Shown here piece by piece: positions 9,338 through 20,683 of a stretch of 55,265 nucleotides of DNA. Location of the stretch: the NCBI GenBank assembly GCA_005222975.1, contig NJBI01000017.1:1-55265 (forward strand), in the 5' to 3' direction. Position numbers and translations under genes: made by a program. A model generated the notes under the pieces. The model was not told where the DNA came from. It did no database searches and worked only from the letters and a program-made list of their open reading frames with translations. The stretch is from Promethearchaeota archaeon Loki_b31. Lineage in GTDB: Archaea > Asgardarchaeota > Lokiarchaeia > Sigyniarchaeales > SOKP01. The stretch's first letter is position 1, and each line of letters begins with the position of its first letter.

Positions 9338-9853
9338 TTATTCTTTTAATTTTAAGGCTAATTTTACAAACAATTTATGCATATCTAATTGATAGCCTAT
9401 TAAAGAAGTTAATTGCACATGGCCGCTATCTTTATCAATTAAAAGATATCCTTTTTTTTCTAACGCTTTTAAATCTTCAATTATATCTTTCTTGCGTCTT
9501 AATTTACTAACCTCAGGAATTGAAGAAACACCCGAATTTTTAAGGCATAAGGTTAAGGTACATAATAACGTTGCTGCCAAACTCGGCTTTCCTTCGAATG
9601 GATTAGCTGAAATTAATTCCGAGATTTCAGGATCATAATTTATAAACCAATGCGAATCTAATGGATTATACCTAATCTGAAAACCTAGTGGTTCAAGATA
9701 AGTTGATAGTCCAGTAATTAGGTTTTGGAAATAAATAAATTTGTTCTTATAATTCGCATTTAATTGTTCTAAAATCTCTTCTTTTGTAGCTCCTATTTGA
9801 TATAAACTTTTTTTTCTACTTAATAAATACATTAGGACTGAAATTTCATTCAT
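9338..9853 (-). CDS. Putative kite (ScpB/Nse1-3-like) tandem winged-helix SMC partner
   Basis: Two wHTH-like halves (LKALEKKGYL); third gene of the SMC operon. Confidence 0.55.
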   Translation of the reverse strand: MNEISVLMYLLSRKKSLYQIGATKEEILEQLNANYKNKFIYFQNLITGLSTYLEPLGFQIRYNPLDSHWFINYDPEISELISANPFEGKPSLAATLLCTLTLCLKNSGVSSIPEVSKLRRKKDIIEDLKALEKKGYLLIDKDSGHVQLTSLIGYQLDMHKLFVKLALKLKE

Positions 9854-9866
9854 TTTTTTTATAACC

Positions 9867-10517
9867 TCAAAGATATAAGGTGTTTGTTTCTTTTTGATAT
9901 TTTATCTTATTTAACTGTAAAAGATGCAATAAATATACAAAATTTTCGTAGACTATCATTTGATCAACCTCATCATCAAAGACATCTTCAAAATAACATG
10001 GGAGTTTTTCTTTAATTTTATTAAAGAACGATGTCATTTTTTCAGTAAATTTAAATTTTGGAATTTCTAATAAAAATTGGTCGTCTATTTTTCCTTTTTT
10101 CAAATGCTTAATCTCTAATTCAAATCTTCTTTCTTTACAAAAACGATCTGAAGCGTATTTCAAGAAACTTAGAGACATTCCATCTATGTAGAAAACTTTC
10201 CTCCAACATCCTTTAAAAATCTCGAATATCTCCTCATCCTCAGGATGAGCCTTCATAAATTCAAAGAACTTTTCATCAATATTTAAAGAACTGAGTAATT
10301 TCTTTAATTCCTCGAATTTTTCGTTGAGTAATTCGCACATATTTTTGTAGGTTAAGGAATAATTTTCGATGTTGAAAATACTAAGTGAATCTTTTAGTTC
10401 ATGAAATAGAGGATTCAATTCTAATTCTAACAAAGAAGTTTTACCTGAAAGAATGTCATCCTTAATAATTTCGATCTTTTTATTTAATTCCTCTGATAAA
10501 TCTATATTTTCTGTCAT
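9867..10517 (-). CDS. Putative kleisin (ScpA/Nse4-like)
   Basis: C-terminal ENFVYLLHLLQLNKI..Q matches the kleisin C-terminal wHTH; overlaps the SMC stop. Confidence 0.65.
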   Translation of the reverse strand: MTENIDLSEELNKKIEIIKDDILSGKTSLLELELNPLFHELKDSLSIFNIENYSLTYKNMCELLNEKFEELKKLLSSLNIDEKFFEFMKAHPEDEEIFEIFKGCWRKVFYIDGMSLSFLKYASDRFCKERRFELEIKHLKKGKIDDQFLLEIPKFKFTEKMTSFFNKIKEKLPCYFEDVFDDEVDQMIVYENFVYLLHLLQLNKIKYQKETNTLYL

Positions 10518-13500
10518 TTGCTTTCTTTCACAATTTTAGGATTGAAAATTGTCGATACTTCGTTTTTGCCAACTCTGGCGACTCCAATTAACTTATCGGC
10601 AAGTAAATATAATGGATTTGAAGATTTTGGTAGAAACATTAACATTTGAATAGCATTATGTTCAATCGTTGTTTTTATCATTTGATACGAAGCTTCGGAA
10701 TTCTTTTCGTCTAAAAACATTCCTGCCTCGTCAAACATACATAATGGCGAGGGTTTGATCTCTTGAAGCGATAAAATTAAGCTAATAGAAATCATCGAAA
10801 TTTGACCTCCACTTAACGCTGTACAAGATTTTAATTTATCCTTAGAGATGGCGGCTTTAATATCTATTCCCAATTCTTCAAAATTTCCTATTAAATCCAA
10901 AGTACAATATGCTTTAATGTTTGCGGAAATAAATTTTTGATTAATTTTTAAATTTAAGTCTTTTAATACTAATTTAAATTTGTTGTAATACGTTTCTTCT
11001 AGTTTATTTTCAGTTTTAATCGCAGCTTTTATATCTCTTTCTATATCTTTCTGATTTTTAGTGATTTCCTTTAACCCAGTTAAAATCTGTTCTTTTTCTA
11101 CTAAAATCGAATCATCAACATCTAAATAATTTAGCAGCTTTTTATCGATGATTAGAATGTCCTGGTTAATTTCCTCTATTGAGCGAATAGCCATTTTTTT
11201 TTCTGAAATTAAGGGACCTATTTCAGAATTGATGCGTTCTAAATCGTTTTTCTTCGCTCCCAATTCAAGCTTTATAGAAGATAGCTTAAAATTTTCTTGC
11301 TCCAAGCTTAATTTTAGTTGAATATGCATTTTATCGATTTCGCTCTTATCTTTTTGAAATTTAATTTTTTGGTCTTGTAAACTTAAGATATTAGCGTCAA
11401 CCTTGTTAATCTCATCATCAATAGCGTCTAATTTTCTATAAATTTCAAATGCTTTTTTATCCGAGTTTTTGAAATTTACTTTTTTTGAATCGAAATCTTT
11501 TTTTAATATTCTTAATTCGCTTTTATTGGGGTTTATCCTTACATCAATATCTTTTAGTGTTCCTAGATTGTCATCTAATTTCGTATCCCATTTTTTTAAA
11601 TCATTATTTAAATTGTTTAGTTCGATAGGAATTTCCTTTATCCTTTCGTTCCATTTAAAAAATTCGGGTTCTTTTTGTGATTCTAACTCGTTTATTTTTT
11701 TTACTATATCTTCAATTTTCTCGTTTGTCTCTGTAATATTTTGTTCTAGTGAATAAACTAAATTATAAAACTGATTTTTTTTTGAAGTCAGCCTTTCTTT
11801 TTGTTTGAAATTGTATAAAAGGTCGTTAAACGATTCTTTTTTCCTGAAAATCTCGCCTTGCAACTTATCTATCTGAGATTGTTTTACTTTTAACTCTAAA
11901 ATATTGTCGTTTAGCGATTTAATTTCTTTTTCCAAGAGGTTTGATTGTTCTTTTTGAGTTCCTGCACTTAATAACCCTTTAAGTCGTCTTATAAAAGGAC
12001 TTTCGTATGCGTATTTGTATGATATAATTTGTTTTCCTTTTAAAGTCACACACTTACCTTTGAAATTATGGATTCTATAAAGTTCTTTTGCAGAGTGGTA
12101 ATCCCTGACAACAATACAATTTTTAATTTTTGAATAAATGACTTTTTGGACGTCTAAATCGCCGCCAACAACTTTAATTAATTCCGCTAAATAGCCAATT
12201 ACGCCCTGCGCCATTATTTTTGGTAATGGAACAACTCTAACATCCTTAGGTATATATATGTTGCAATAAGCGTTATATTTCTTTTTTAATTTCTCTACTA
12301 AATTTAGAGTATCCCAATCGTTCGCAATAAAACTATTAAGTAACCTTTCTCCCAAAACTGATTCAATAGCATAGCTTAACTCGTCGTCGTATTTTAAATA
12401 TTCAATTATTGGTCCTTTAACTCTATCGTCTAGTTCTCTTTTCTTAATTTCCTCTTTAAGAACGTTAATATTAGCTGAAAGAATAATTTTACGTTCTCTT
12501 AACGCAGTTTGGAGTAACTTGAATTTTATAATTTTTTTTGTTTTTTCATATTCTAACTGTTCCACTTCAGATATTAATTTGAATAAGCTTACGGTTACTT
12601 TCTTAAGGTCTTTATCGAGTTGGGTCAACAAATCTTTTGTAGGATTTTCTAAAAACCACCTATTCTTTTCTAGTTTGTAATCTATGTCATTCAAACTCTG
12701 AAAAATATCATTGATGTCTCTTTTAATATTTTCAATATTGTTTTCATTGTCTTGGATTTTCCTGACATTATTTTCCTTTTCATAGGTTAACTGGTTATAT
12801 TTTTCTAAAAAATCTTGATTCTCTTTAATCTTTATCGTAATTTCATTTTGTTCTTTAATTAATTTATCAATTTTGCTTTTAATTGAAAGTTTCTTCTTTT
12901 TAACAATGTCGCTCTCACTTATTATGTTTTGCCTCTGCTTCTCTAGCTTATCTATTATTGTTTCATATTCAGAGATTTTTCCAGATAAGATGTCCAATTC
13001 TTGCTTTGCTCTTATTTTTTCATTCTGCCACGAATCTATTTTATTAACTAATTCTTTTTTTCTGTAATTTAGTTCTCCTACTTTTTTTGATGAACTAATA
13101 AGGTTGCTATCTATTTCAGAAATCTTTTTCTCTTTTTCTTTAATTAAATTTCGATACTTATCAATTTCATTGGTAAATATATTTATTTGATCTTGACTTT
13201 TTTTGACATTTAACTCGAGGACCTCAATTTCTTTCTGAAGCATGCTCTTATTTGCCCATAATAGTTCATCGTTATACTTTTTTCTAATTTCGAGTAATTT
13301 GTTTTTCTCATCTAATCGTTCTAATTTTGGCATTAAGAAGTCGAGGTTTATATTTAAAGAGTTTTTCCGGGTAATTAAAGATTTAAACTCTGTGTTTAAT
13401 GTAAATACGCTACTCTTTTGTTGTAAAATCTCCTCTCGTAAACTTTTAAGCCCCATTCCCTCTTCTAAAAAGGAACATAGTTCGATCGGTTTTAAGCTTT

Positions 13501-14018
13501 TAATAGTATCGATTTTGCCTTGACTTACAAATGCAAATTGATTATCAGGATTAATTTCTAACTTTGACACAAGTTTTTGAATTTCGATTGCGTGAACCTT
13601 TTTGAAATTCTTATCATTTTTTAACTGAATCTCAAAAGATGGAGATTTTCCTCTTATTACTGTTCTTCTTATTTTAACTACTTCATTATAGTATTGAATA
13701 TGAAGTTCCACCATAGCGTGATTTTGCCCATCTCTTATAAAATCAGACCATTTCTTATAACGCTCGTCTCTTTCGTTACTACCTAAAGCAAATTTAATTG
13801 CTTGAAAAATTGAGGTTTTCCCGCTCCAATTCGGACCAACTATTAAAATAAAGCGAGGAATATCTTGATTTTTCCGAACCAAGAAATTTACTTCGTCTCT
13901 TTGAAAAGATAAGAAATTCTCTAAAATAACTTTACGAATAAAAACACGATTTTTTATCGCTTGACTTTTATCGTTTTCCTTAACTTTTTTTATAGAAGAA
14001 ACAGCCGTTTTTTCTCAT
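10514..14018 (-). CDS. smc: SMC ATPase, Smc5/6-like; true N-terminus extends upstream of the annotated 13882 start
   Basis: Walker A GPNWSGKT, Q-loop FVSQG, long coiled coils, hinge GPIIEYL..YAIESVLG, LSGGQ, FDE..LD; upstream in-frame VFIRKVILENFLSF; nearest ATG (14016-14018) is out of frame by 1. Confidence 0.85.
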
Positions 14019-14025
14019 CCCTTAT

Positions 14026-15315
14026 TTATCGTTTTCCAAATGCTCGTTTTAAATTGTCAATACGCTTTTTAGCCTTTTCTAGATTAATTTGAGCCATCTT
14101 GGGACTATCGTTTAAAACGAAAGAATATTTAGCCAAAATCTTTCTATCATTATCTTCTAACGGTTCTTGCTTATTCAACTTGTCTATTATAAGTAAAAGC
14201 TCATTATAATTTTTAGAAGCGGCGCTTTCGTACAATTGACTTAATATGAAATCTGAAATTCTTTCTTCTTTTATCTGGGTTATAAAATTCTTGATGTCAT
14301 TGGTATTCATTATCTCATATCTTTCTTTCGTTGAAATTTTATTAATCAAATTTTGTCTGTCGTTAGTTCCTCCAAATAGAACTTCCCTTTCAGTAATTGT
14401 TTCGGGAAGTGAGGGAAAATATTCGCCAGATTCTATTAAATTAATTAAGACGTCTGTAATTTCGTTGCTTGATTCGTTTAACTCAGAATTAAGGAAGTGT
14501 TTAAATATACCTACTCTCAATAATCGGTTTAGATCTTTAACTTCCCAATTACTGGTGTATTCTACTAAGGTTTTGATATCAAAAACGATATTTGGATTTT
14601 TTTCTGAAAAGTTTCTTAAAATAGTCTCCCTTTCGATTTTATCTAACAAAGGGATTTTTATGAACAAATCAAAGGCTTCAAAAATCAATCTTGAATTTAC
14701 TTCGATTTCTCGAAATTTATTATTAATCCAGATTAAAATTAACCCCTCTTTTATTAGTGACTTCTTTCCTTTAAAAGAAACTATAAAGAGTTCTAATAGG
14801 TTTTTTTCTTTTAATAAAGCCTCAGAAAAATTATGTTGATTAATCACTAACAATCTTTTTATTTTGTTTTCTTCTGTTTTATATTCATTTATCTGGGGTA
14901 TTTTACCATTTTCGATTTCTTTTTTTTTCTTTATTTCCTTATTCTTAACAATATTTTCTAGAATGGATATAAAGTTGCTGAAAAAATCTTCAGGGGACTT
15001 AACGATTTCCTCTTGATTTAATTCAATAAAATCCAAATAATAGTTATTTGAAATTAATTTTAAATAATCAGTAATATCAGTTCCAGAATTTATGTTAATT
15101 AGAAGGGTGCCTTTTGGCTGTATAAATTTAGCATAACTCTGAACAATTGACTCCTCGTGGTTTGTCAACATTATTTTCAAATAATTAATGACGTCGTTAT
15201 ATTTATCGCGATAGAAAATATCGTCTCGATCAATATCAAATTCATTTGGCGTAATTAATCGATAGTATTTAGAGAATTTCAATTCGTTATCTGAACGTTC
15301 CATAGAGAATTTCAT
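14026..15315 (-). CDS. Degenerate (Walker A-less) AAA+ ATPase-like protein
   Basis: PKGTLLININSGT in place of KGxLLxGPPGTGKT; lid-like FDLFIKIPLLDKIERETIL...TSNWEVKDL. Confidence 0.55.
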   Translation of the reverse strand: MKFSMERSDNELKFSKYYRLITPNEFDIDRDDIFYRDKYNDVINYLKIMLTNHEESIVQSYAKFIQPKGTLLININSGTDITDYLKLISNNYYLDFIELNQEEIVKSPEDFFSNFISILENIVKNKEIKKKKEIENGKIPQINEYKTEENKIKRLLVINQHNFSEALLKEKNLLELFIVSFKGKKSLIKEGLILIWINNKFREIEVNSRLIFEAFDLFIKIPLLDKIERETILRNFSEKNPNIVFDIKTLVEYTSNWEVKDLNRLLRVGIFKHFLNSELNESSNEITDVLINLIESGEYFPSLPETITEREVLFGGTNDRQNLINKISTKERYEIMNTNDIKNFITQIKEERISDFILSQLYESAASKNYNELLLIIDKLNKQEPLEDNDRKILAKYSFVLNDSPKMAQINLEKAKKRIDNLKRAFGKR

Positions 15316-15563
15316 CTACTTGTTAATTAATTTTTTTGAACATTATTTTCATGACAATTATCACATATATATTTAGCGATAGCTCATCTCCCGACAAAAA
15401 TAGATACATTAAAATATACGATTTTAAAATACAAACTTCTTAGTTATTAAGTTCAACAAGGAAATATATTAAAATCAAATAGAGTAAAGGAATTTACAAT
15501 AATATTGATAATAAATAAAAGAATAATAAGTAAAATAATAGAAAATTTAATTTTTTAAGTGCT

Positions 15564-15818
15564 TTACTTCTTCCCTTCTATCCCATAGAAGCAAAAATAA
15601 CCGCCTTCTAATTCGTATTGTGAAAATAAGTCACAACCGAAACAGTTGCAGCCATGATCTTCAACTTCTGACATTGGTTTTTGTGTTTTTCCCCGTGCGC
15701 AGAAAAGGGCGTGTGGATCAAACTCATTTAACTTGTTCGGCTTAAATGACGGGCAAGGGCCACAGAAGCGTCTACAAACATTCATAGACTCTTCTGTATC
15801 CGGTACTGGTTTTGGCAT
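15564..15818 (-). CDS. Small Cys-rich protein, DUF2769-like
   Basis: CxxCPSF, LFCARGK, GCNCFGC, YFC..G pattern. Confidence 0.65.
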   Translation of the reverse strand: MPKPVPDTEESMNVCRRFCGPCPSFKPNKLNEFDPHALFCARGKTQKPMSEVEDHGCNCFGCDLFSQYELEGGYFCFYGIEGKK

Positions 15819-16017
15819 TTCTTCTAATTCACCTTATCGGTTAATATTTTTTATTAGTTTTTTAATATTCTTAATAAAGAGTTTAAACTCTCATTTTAAA
15901 TTGATTGTATTAGAAGTAGCCAATTAAACTTTTAAATATTGTATTTATAACTTATTAATTTTGGATAAGAATGACCATAACCTTAGGTTTTCATTATACA
16001 AAACATAGGAGGTTAAA

Positions 16018-16409
16018 TTAAACGACATGTAGTGCTTGGTTTAAAATATCTAAATTTTTAACAAATTCTTCCTTAAATAGATGATAATACGTAAATTTTT
16101 GTTTTTTATATCCTTGTATTAATCCGGCTACTACAAGCTTTCTTAAATGATGAGATATTGTCGATTGGGACTTATCTAGTATAGTTTCTAATTCGCATAC
16201 GCATCTATCTTGCTTCCTTAAGGCATTAATTATAATTAAACGCTCCTTAGATGATAATGCTAAAAAAATAATGTTAAATCATCTAGATCTTCATTTTTCA
16301 ATAATTCTCTTCCAAAATCTTGTAGATTCATGAAGTATTGATTCGATTCATTGCATTCCTTACAGGAACATAACATTTTCTTTACTTCTTGTACCCTTTT
16401 TTGTTTCAC
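16018..16409 (-). pseudogene. arsR: Second arsR copy, frameshifted in a homopolymer run (or a sequencing error)
   Basis: GTG MKQKRVQEVKKMLCSCKEC...LTLFF, 1-nt frameshift at the A7 run 16262-16268, then LALSSKERLIIINAL..RCVCELETILDKSQSTISHHLRKL, nearly identical to 24359..24751. Confidence 0.8.
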
Positions 16410-16446
16410 AAAAATCAATTTTCTGATATTTAGAGGATCCTTTAAA

Positions 16447-17232
16447 TCAATCTAAATCTAAATCAAACTCCTCTTTGACGTATTGGACTATATCTTTGAA
16501 GAAGATATCTAGCTTTTCTTGAATTTCTTCTTCAGACATACTACTTAAGGTATTAAATGTTAGAATAGTATTATTCATTTTATCATTGTATCTTAAAGTA
16601 CGGCTATTAGGAATGATAAAATATAATCCATCCAAGAAGCCAACGAATTGGTTTTCAATGTATTCTTTATCTCTTACTTCTACACCAAAATAATGTTGCA
16701 TTTCCTCTGATTTAAGAAGATCAACTGTAAATTTATGACAGTTATTTTTTCTGAGATTGAATAACTTGTTAATCATTCTTTTTAGTTTATCAAATTGTTT
16801 TTGTGCCTTTTTCTTTTCTCTTAACAAGTTTGATTCAGTATAACTTTTTCCAGCTATAATTGCGTAAAGTTCCTCTAAGAACGTTTGGAAATTATCATCC
16901 TGAAATTTTATTCCCCTATTTATTTTAATAATTGGTCTGACTTCATCTATATTTTTAAAAATAGGGATGATACCTTTTCCTTCTTGATAAGCAAAATCGA
17001 TTTCTGTCTTAACGGGTTGAGATTTCAATGAATAGGAAGAACTAATCACTAAAATAACATCACTTAATTGTATTTTTTGTTCCATGAAATCGAGAATGGA
17101 TTGACTGGAATCATTATCTCTTTCCCAGTAATAGACTTTATCAATATCAGGTTGAATTTCTAGGTAGTCTACTATTTCAGGAATATGAAATTCAGCTAAA
17201 TCTTCATTTGCATAACTAATAAACACTATCAT
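16447..17232 (-). CDS. TIR-domain protein
   Basis: VFISYA..D, catalytic-type VKTEIDFA, IIPIF. Confidence 0.8.
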   Translation of the reverse strand: MIVFISYANEDLAEFHIPEIVDYLEIQPDIDKVYYWERDNDSSQSILDFMEQKIQLSDVILVISSSYSLKSQPVKTEIDFAYQEGKGIIPIFKNIDEVRPIIKINRGIKFQDDNFQTFLEELYAIIAGKSYTESNLLREKKKAQKQFDKLKRMINKLFNLRKNNCHKFTVDLLKSEEMQHYFGVEVRDKEYIENQFVGFLDGLYFIIPNSRTLRYNDKMNNTILTFNTLSSMSEEEIQEKLDIFFKDIVQYVKEEFDLDLD

Positions 17233-17736
17233 TCTATCTTAAAGAAGTAATATTCAATATAAAAATGAGGTTATTAAACGGTTTATAATTCTTCATTGAT
17301 AAGTTCCTGATGTCCAACTTTCTCCATCTTATGATTTTAAAAATCTTGTCTTTTCATCAATTATTTCCATTATTGGAGGTATAGATGAAATTGCTTCTAA
17401 ACTCTAAAAATAGGATTATAAGAAAATGTGATAAAATCGCGAAAGAGAAACCAGATGGTAGATAGGACTTGTTTTCAAATTACAATTTTCAATAATCATA
17501 AAGAAATACTCAATAAAAAATTCTCATTATAACAAGTGAATCCATAATCAACTCAAATGAAATTTATCAGGTAGATATGAAGTCCATATTGATTGTATTA
17601 GATACTAATGCATATATGTATGCGAAAAATTTCACTCAGATACGAGAATCCATAATTTTTTTTAATATTTATATATCCCAAAATTGAGATAATGGACACA
17701 TTGGGATCGATTTTTGATCTAGACATTTAGAATGAG

Positions 17737-18582
17737 TTAAACTGTAAACATATCCCAAAATTCATCGGGAACTGTAGTACTTGCCGGAAAGAATTTAATT
17801 GTGTTAGTTCCAATATAGGGGAACTCATGGAATTTGTCTACTATTAATTTTAAGAACTGTTCAGAATATTTATGGAAAAAAGCACTGGGACTTATATTAA
17901 AAATCTTTCTAGTATACCATCTAAGTAAGTATACTACAAAATCAACAATTTGCACTCCATTATGAAGCTCTGAGCTTACAATGAAAGGAGAATTTATGAT
18001 ATTTTCAGGATATTCTTGCCATCCATGTCCTGTCCCTCTCTTCATAAATTCTATTATTTGATTACGTTTTTTAGAATCTGCTTCGATATCTACAGAATCC
18101 ATCACTAATAAACCACGTTCTTCAGTAACTCCATTTTGATATGTGCTTTTTTTAATAATATAACGATTAATCCTCTCTACTAGTAACTCAAAAGCCCACT
18201 TAGAAGGAGATCCATCAGGATAATCCTTATAAAAGTCTTCTTTAACGATAATTACCGCCATAATTTTCATATACAATCCAGAAATCATTTGACATATTTT
18301 TAAAACAACAGAATGCCATTTGTTGATATCGTTCCCTAAACACTTATAATGATTTCTTCTACCACATATATCATCCATATGAAGTTCAAATTTGTTTGGA
18401 ATATCACTTGAATCATCATCTGTCTTGATAAGAGTCCATATTTCTTGTTTAAGGTTATCACATTTTTTATTTAGGTGATTCAATCCCTTCTCTTGCATTA
18501 CTACAGTAGCAAGAACATAGAACTTATTATTTTTATCTTTAGGATCCGGATTTCCAGATTCATCAATAAATGCAAAATACAT
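17737..18582 (-). CDS. DUF3800-family (RNase H-fold) protein
   Basis: FIDESG N-terminus, ELH, QIVDFV near the C-terminus. Confidence 0.75.
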   Translation of the reverse strand: MYFAFIDESGNPDPKDKNNKFYVLATVVMQEKGLNHLNKKCDNLKQEIWTLIKTDDDSSDIPNKFELHMDDICGRRNHYKCLGNDINKWHSVVLKICQMISGLYMKIMAVIIVKEDFYKDYPDGSPSKWAFELLVERINRYIIKKSTYQNGVTEERGLLVMDSVDIEADSKKRNQIIEFMKRGTGHGWQEYPENIINSPFIVSSELHNGVQIVDFVVYLLRWYTRKIFNISPSAFFHKYSEQFLKLIVDKFHEFPYIGTNTIKFFPASTTVPDEFWDMFTV

Positions 18583-18905
18583 ATTATTTTTACCTGAGTT
18601 ACTCTTGCTTTATTTTCCTTATAGAATTGGTTTTTCCTTAAAAATAACTATGACGAATAGTTGTCTAAACCTTTTTAATACTATGGTACGAAATCTATTA
18701 TCTTTAAACAATATTAATGAAATCTATTCTATGGAGATTATATTAGCAGCTCTCAATATTCATTTAGTCTTGCAGAATAAAGGTTATTTTTTAAATAAAG
18801 ATCCGACAGTATGATGTGGGTGCTTTTGAATTAAATATTCGGGAGTAATTGATTTGAAATCGCAACTCTCTAACTCTATATAAAGAAAAAAAAATTGCTT
18901 TCTAT

Positions 18906-20549
18906 ATGGAAATTCAAAAATTTCAAGATCTTGATTTCATCCCTGATGACGAGTTTTGTGATATGATAGATGAAAACAATGGAGATTTAAACATGCTTAA
19001 ATTTTCTTCTGATGGAATGATTACTGTTATTCATCTCTTAGATTCCAGTAAATTAGAGTATTTCATTGATAGTATTAAACAAACATCTAATAAATTTCTG
19101 AAGCTAGCATATTTTGAATATATCAAAACAAGTCTTGTACAAGACTATCACAAGTTATTAAATCAATTTAATCTGATCCCCTTATATCATGAAGTTGCAT
19201 TGAATATTCTTATACAACAAAACACTCGATATGACCCGAGTTGGTTAATAATTGAGTTCATTAAGTTAGCTCATAGGGCTAAAATACCAAATCAAGAAAT
19301 GTTTGATAAAATTGGAGAAGTTCTAAGATTGGTTATAAATCAAGATAGAGATCCACGATGGATTTTAAAAAAAGTCATTAATTTAGAAGGAGGAATATTG
19401 AAAAGTGCTAAAATCCCAGATTCAGTGTATGAAGCGATTGATTATTGGGTGGATGAGAAATTTTATGGAAATATAACTGTGGATATACCATTTACAGATG
19501 ATATAATCGCATTTTATAAAAAAATGGGAATGAATAAACAAATTAAATCGAAAAAATCCATTTTTTGCAATAAATATTTGCATTTCTATCAAGCAAAAGT
19601 AGACAATGAAAAATGGAATGAAAAAAGAATGGATGCAATGATACAAAAACACCATTTTCTAATTTTTAAATTAGAAGTTATTCATAAATATAACCCAGAG
19701 AATTTAGATTTGTTAAATGAAGTCAAACTAGAATTAGGGCGCATTAGTAAATTAATCCCTAATTTAGATGAGGGAGGAGTTTTAATTTCAGGAGGGGGCA
19801 AAATTCCAGGAAGCAAAATTAATAATTTCCTTAATCATTTCAAAAATGATTCTTTAGAGGAAATAATAAATAAGACCATAAAATTTGATTATTTTCTACC
19901 AGAAATACCTCAGAATGTGAGTAGCTCAACTGGATGGTTGCCAACAACCTATTTCGCTGGGACATTTGTAAAAAAATATAGTGCTAGAGGACAATCAAAT
20001 GAAAGTGGATCGTCAGATATAATCTTAAAATCGGCAGGTTATGAAACTGAAAGGGATTTTAAATTATTTTTATTTCAAGAATTAACTAAAAAATTTGATA
20101 AAAAGGATCTTAAAAAAACAATTCTCGCTCCAATAAATAAATCGGTTATTGTAAATAAAGTTTCAAAAAAAATGTTTCAGGATGCTTTACAAGCTTATTT
20201 TGATGAAAATTATTTCACATCAATTCAGACTTGTATTTTTCAGATTGAAAGCATCCTAAGAGAAATTTGTTTAGAGAATTCAATCGAAATAATCGCTATT
20301 GATGATGATAAAGAACGTCAAAGAACCATAAAACCATTGATGCAAAAATTAAAAGAGATCGTGAATAAAAAAACACTTACATTTATCAATTGGTTATTAC
20401 TAAATGAAGGAGAAATGTTTCCAAAAAATTATAGAAATGAAATTGCTCATGGATTGGGTACATTAGATCAATATAGTGAGATTTATGTAAAAAAGAATGC
20501 GTTATCCTTGATATTAATATATCTTAGTCTTTCAAAATATGGAGATTAA
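18906..20549 (+). CDS. DUF4209-like protein with C-terminal HEPN-type motif
   Basis: QIESILR ... NYRNEIAHG (Rx4H). Confidence 0.6.
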   Translation: MEIQKFQDLDFIPDDEFCDMIDENNGDLNMLKFSSDGMITVIHLLDSSKLEYFIDSIKQTSNKFLKLAYFEYIKTSLVQDYHKLLNQFNLIPLYHEVALNILIQQNTRYDPSWLIIEFIKLAHRAKIPNQEMFDKIGEVLRLVINQDRDPRWILKKVINLEGGILKSAKIPDSVYEAIDYWVDEKFYGNITVDIPFTDDIIAFYKKMGMNKQIKSKKSIFCNKYLHFYQAKVDNEKWNEKRMDAMIQKHHFLIFKLEVIHKYNPENLDLLNEVKLELGRISKLIPNLDEGGVLISGGGKIPGSKINNFLNHFKNDSLEEIINKTIKFDYFLPEIPQNVSSSTGWLPTTYFAGTFVKKYSARGQSNESGSSDIILKSAGYETERDFKLFLFQELTKKFDKKDLKKTILAPINKSVIVNKVSKKMFQDALQAYFDENYFTSIQTCIFQIESILREICLENSIEIIAIDDDKERQRTIKPLMQKLKEIVNKKTLTFINWLLLNEGEMFPKNYRNEIAHGLGTLDQYSEIYVKKNALSLILIYLSLSKYGD

Positions 20550-20683
20550 TCTTTAGTAAAATTGTGTTTCTGGTAATTCACTATTTCATATCCACTTGGC
20601 GGTCTAATAGAACTCTCACTTCGGTAGAAACGAGACAGTGTATCTCTTTACTTCTGATCCTAATCTCGCATGGAAGGATTTAA

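Noticed and set aside
9338-13882. Wadjet (JetABCD) defence system
   Set aside because: No JetD/Toprim nuclease nearby; the hinge and head look Smc5/6-like and the gene order differs.
16255-16275. Programmed frameshift in the second arsR
   Set aside because: A single-base loss in a homopolymer is more simply a mutation or sequencing error; no stimulatory structure seen.
17577-17687. PIN-domain remnant (MKSILIVLDTNAY...IYIS)
   Set aside because: Only 36 codons with one short motif; too weak to annotate.
18605-18814. 69-aa ORF (and the 99-aa ORF at 24020-24319)
   Set aside because: No motifs, weak starts or AT-rich intergenic context; probably spurious or decayed.
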